DNA of 64,000 nucleotides from a bacterium endosymbiont of Escarpia laminata (GTDB lineage Bacteria; Pseudomonadota; Gammaproteobacteria; Chromatiales; Chromatiaceae): NCBI GenBank assembly GCA_003660235.1, contig QGON01000065.1, positions 87,897 to 151,896 of the forward strand, read 5' to 3'. Shown piece by piece: positions 63,565 to 64,000 of this stretch (position 1 is its first letter; each line of letters starts with the position of its first letter). The notes under the pieces were generated by a model. It saw only the letters and a program-made list of their open reading frames with translations, ran no database searches and was not told where the DNA came from. The position numbers and the translations under genes were made by a program.

Positions 63565-63688
63565 TGTCGCCGTAAGGACATTATGGATGACACCAAGGCG
63601 CACGGATGCAGCAGGGATTGAAACATTTGCCAACCAAGCAGGGCGACATCGCCCCGGCTCTCACGGATCAGGGAGCCGGGGTTTTTTC
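63565..63688 (+). ncRNA. CsrA/RsmA-sequestering small RNA (RsmY/RsmZ-like)
   Basis: About 124 nt, six ANGGA motifs, 5' TGTCGCC pairs with GGCGACA, and an 11-bp terminator stem followed by TTTTTT. Confidence 0.8.
63651..63688 (+). terminator. Intrinsic terminator of the Rsm-like sRNA
   Basis: CCCCGGCTCTC-ACGGATCA-GGGAGCCGGGG-TTTTTT. Confidence 0.85.
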
Positions 63689-64000
63689 TTTTCTGCCTGC
63701 CGGCTGACCATCCACAGGCCAGAGACGCTGATCGGCACCATCGAAAACATCCCAAAGCGCCTGGTAGCTTTTTCCGATCCGGGGATGCATCTCTTCCCCC
63801 GCAACCTCAGACAACGGCAGCAGGACAAAGGCGTAGCGGGTGATTTCATCCCTCGGCAGCTGCAGTTTTGGTGTATCTATCACCTGGTCTCCATAGGTCA
63901 ACAGGTCAATATCCAGGGTCCTGGGTGTATATTTTTCTCCCGAGCGCACCCGGCCATTGGCATCTTCGATCCCCCGCAGCCGCTGGGCCAGCGCTTCAAC
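63668..64000 (-). CDS. folK: 2-amino-4-hydroxy-6-hydroxymethyldihydropteridine diphosphokinase, 3' part
   Basis: KYTPRTLDIDLLTYG, LPRDEITRYAFVLLPLSEV and HP..GKSY motifs. Confidence 0.9.
   Translation of the reverse strand, partial: VEALAQRLRGIEDANGRVRSGEKYTPRTLDIDLLTYGDQVIDTPKLQLPRDEITRYAFVLLPLSEVAGEEMHPRIGKSYQALWDVFDGADQRLWPVDGQPAGRKEKTPAP

Noticed and set aside
63583-63621. Short ORF MDDTKAHGCSRD* with AAGGA as apparent RBS
   Set aside because: The GGA motifs, terminator and GacA box are better explained by an Rsm-type sRNA; no attenuated downstream gene on that strand.
63540-63690. Possible 6S RNA
   Set aside because: No long rod with central bubble or recognisable 6S motifs.
45-63849. 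Numerous antisense and nested ORFs in the six-frame track (e.g. 45-992, 23047-23937, 39685-40566, 49492-50505, 56150-57076, 60504-61490, 62641-63558)
   Set aside because: Shadows of well-supported genes on the opposite strand in GC-rich DNA; no motifs of their own.

Overview
Chromosomal window from a gammaproteobacterium. Gene content and synteny suggest a Chromatiales/Sedimenticola-like sulfur oxidiser, possibly host-associated (inference only). Left to right: start of the dcw cluster (ftsI partial, ftsL, rsmH, mraZ), RNase P RNA, an O-antigen-ligase-like gene, ygiQ, a 5'-truncated DDE insertion sequence, the Pil-Chp operon (pilGHIJ-chpA-chpC, no pilK/chpB), a periplasmic rhodanese, the gshB-apbE-tonB-yqgE-ruvX-pyrRBC'-pyrK block, a c-di-GMP/two-component cluster, recQ, an Ala/Gly symporter, a TPAT/TRAP transporter, an EamA exporter, two chemoreceptors, a heme-c/GAF/GGDEF/EAL protein, adk, a PpkA-periplasmic/TagT/TagS-like module, relA, DUF1015 and folK (partial). 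Main observations that the ORF track does not show: (1) four deletion scars that appear bounded by microhomology: two in-frame in gshB leaving a 67-aa mini-gene, a frameshifting one in recQ, and one removing nearly all of cheV; (2) an unannotated CsrA/RsmA-sponge-type sRNA with six ANGGA motifs, a terminator and a well-placed GacA/UvrY box; (3) two copies of a structured non-coding element sharing a 46-nt core with compensatory base changes; (4) a candidate attenuator upstream of the EamA gene; (5) a T6SS-type Tag/PpkA sensing module with no kinase and no T6SS in the window.
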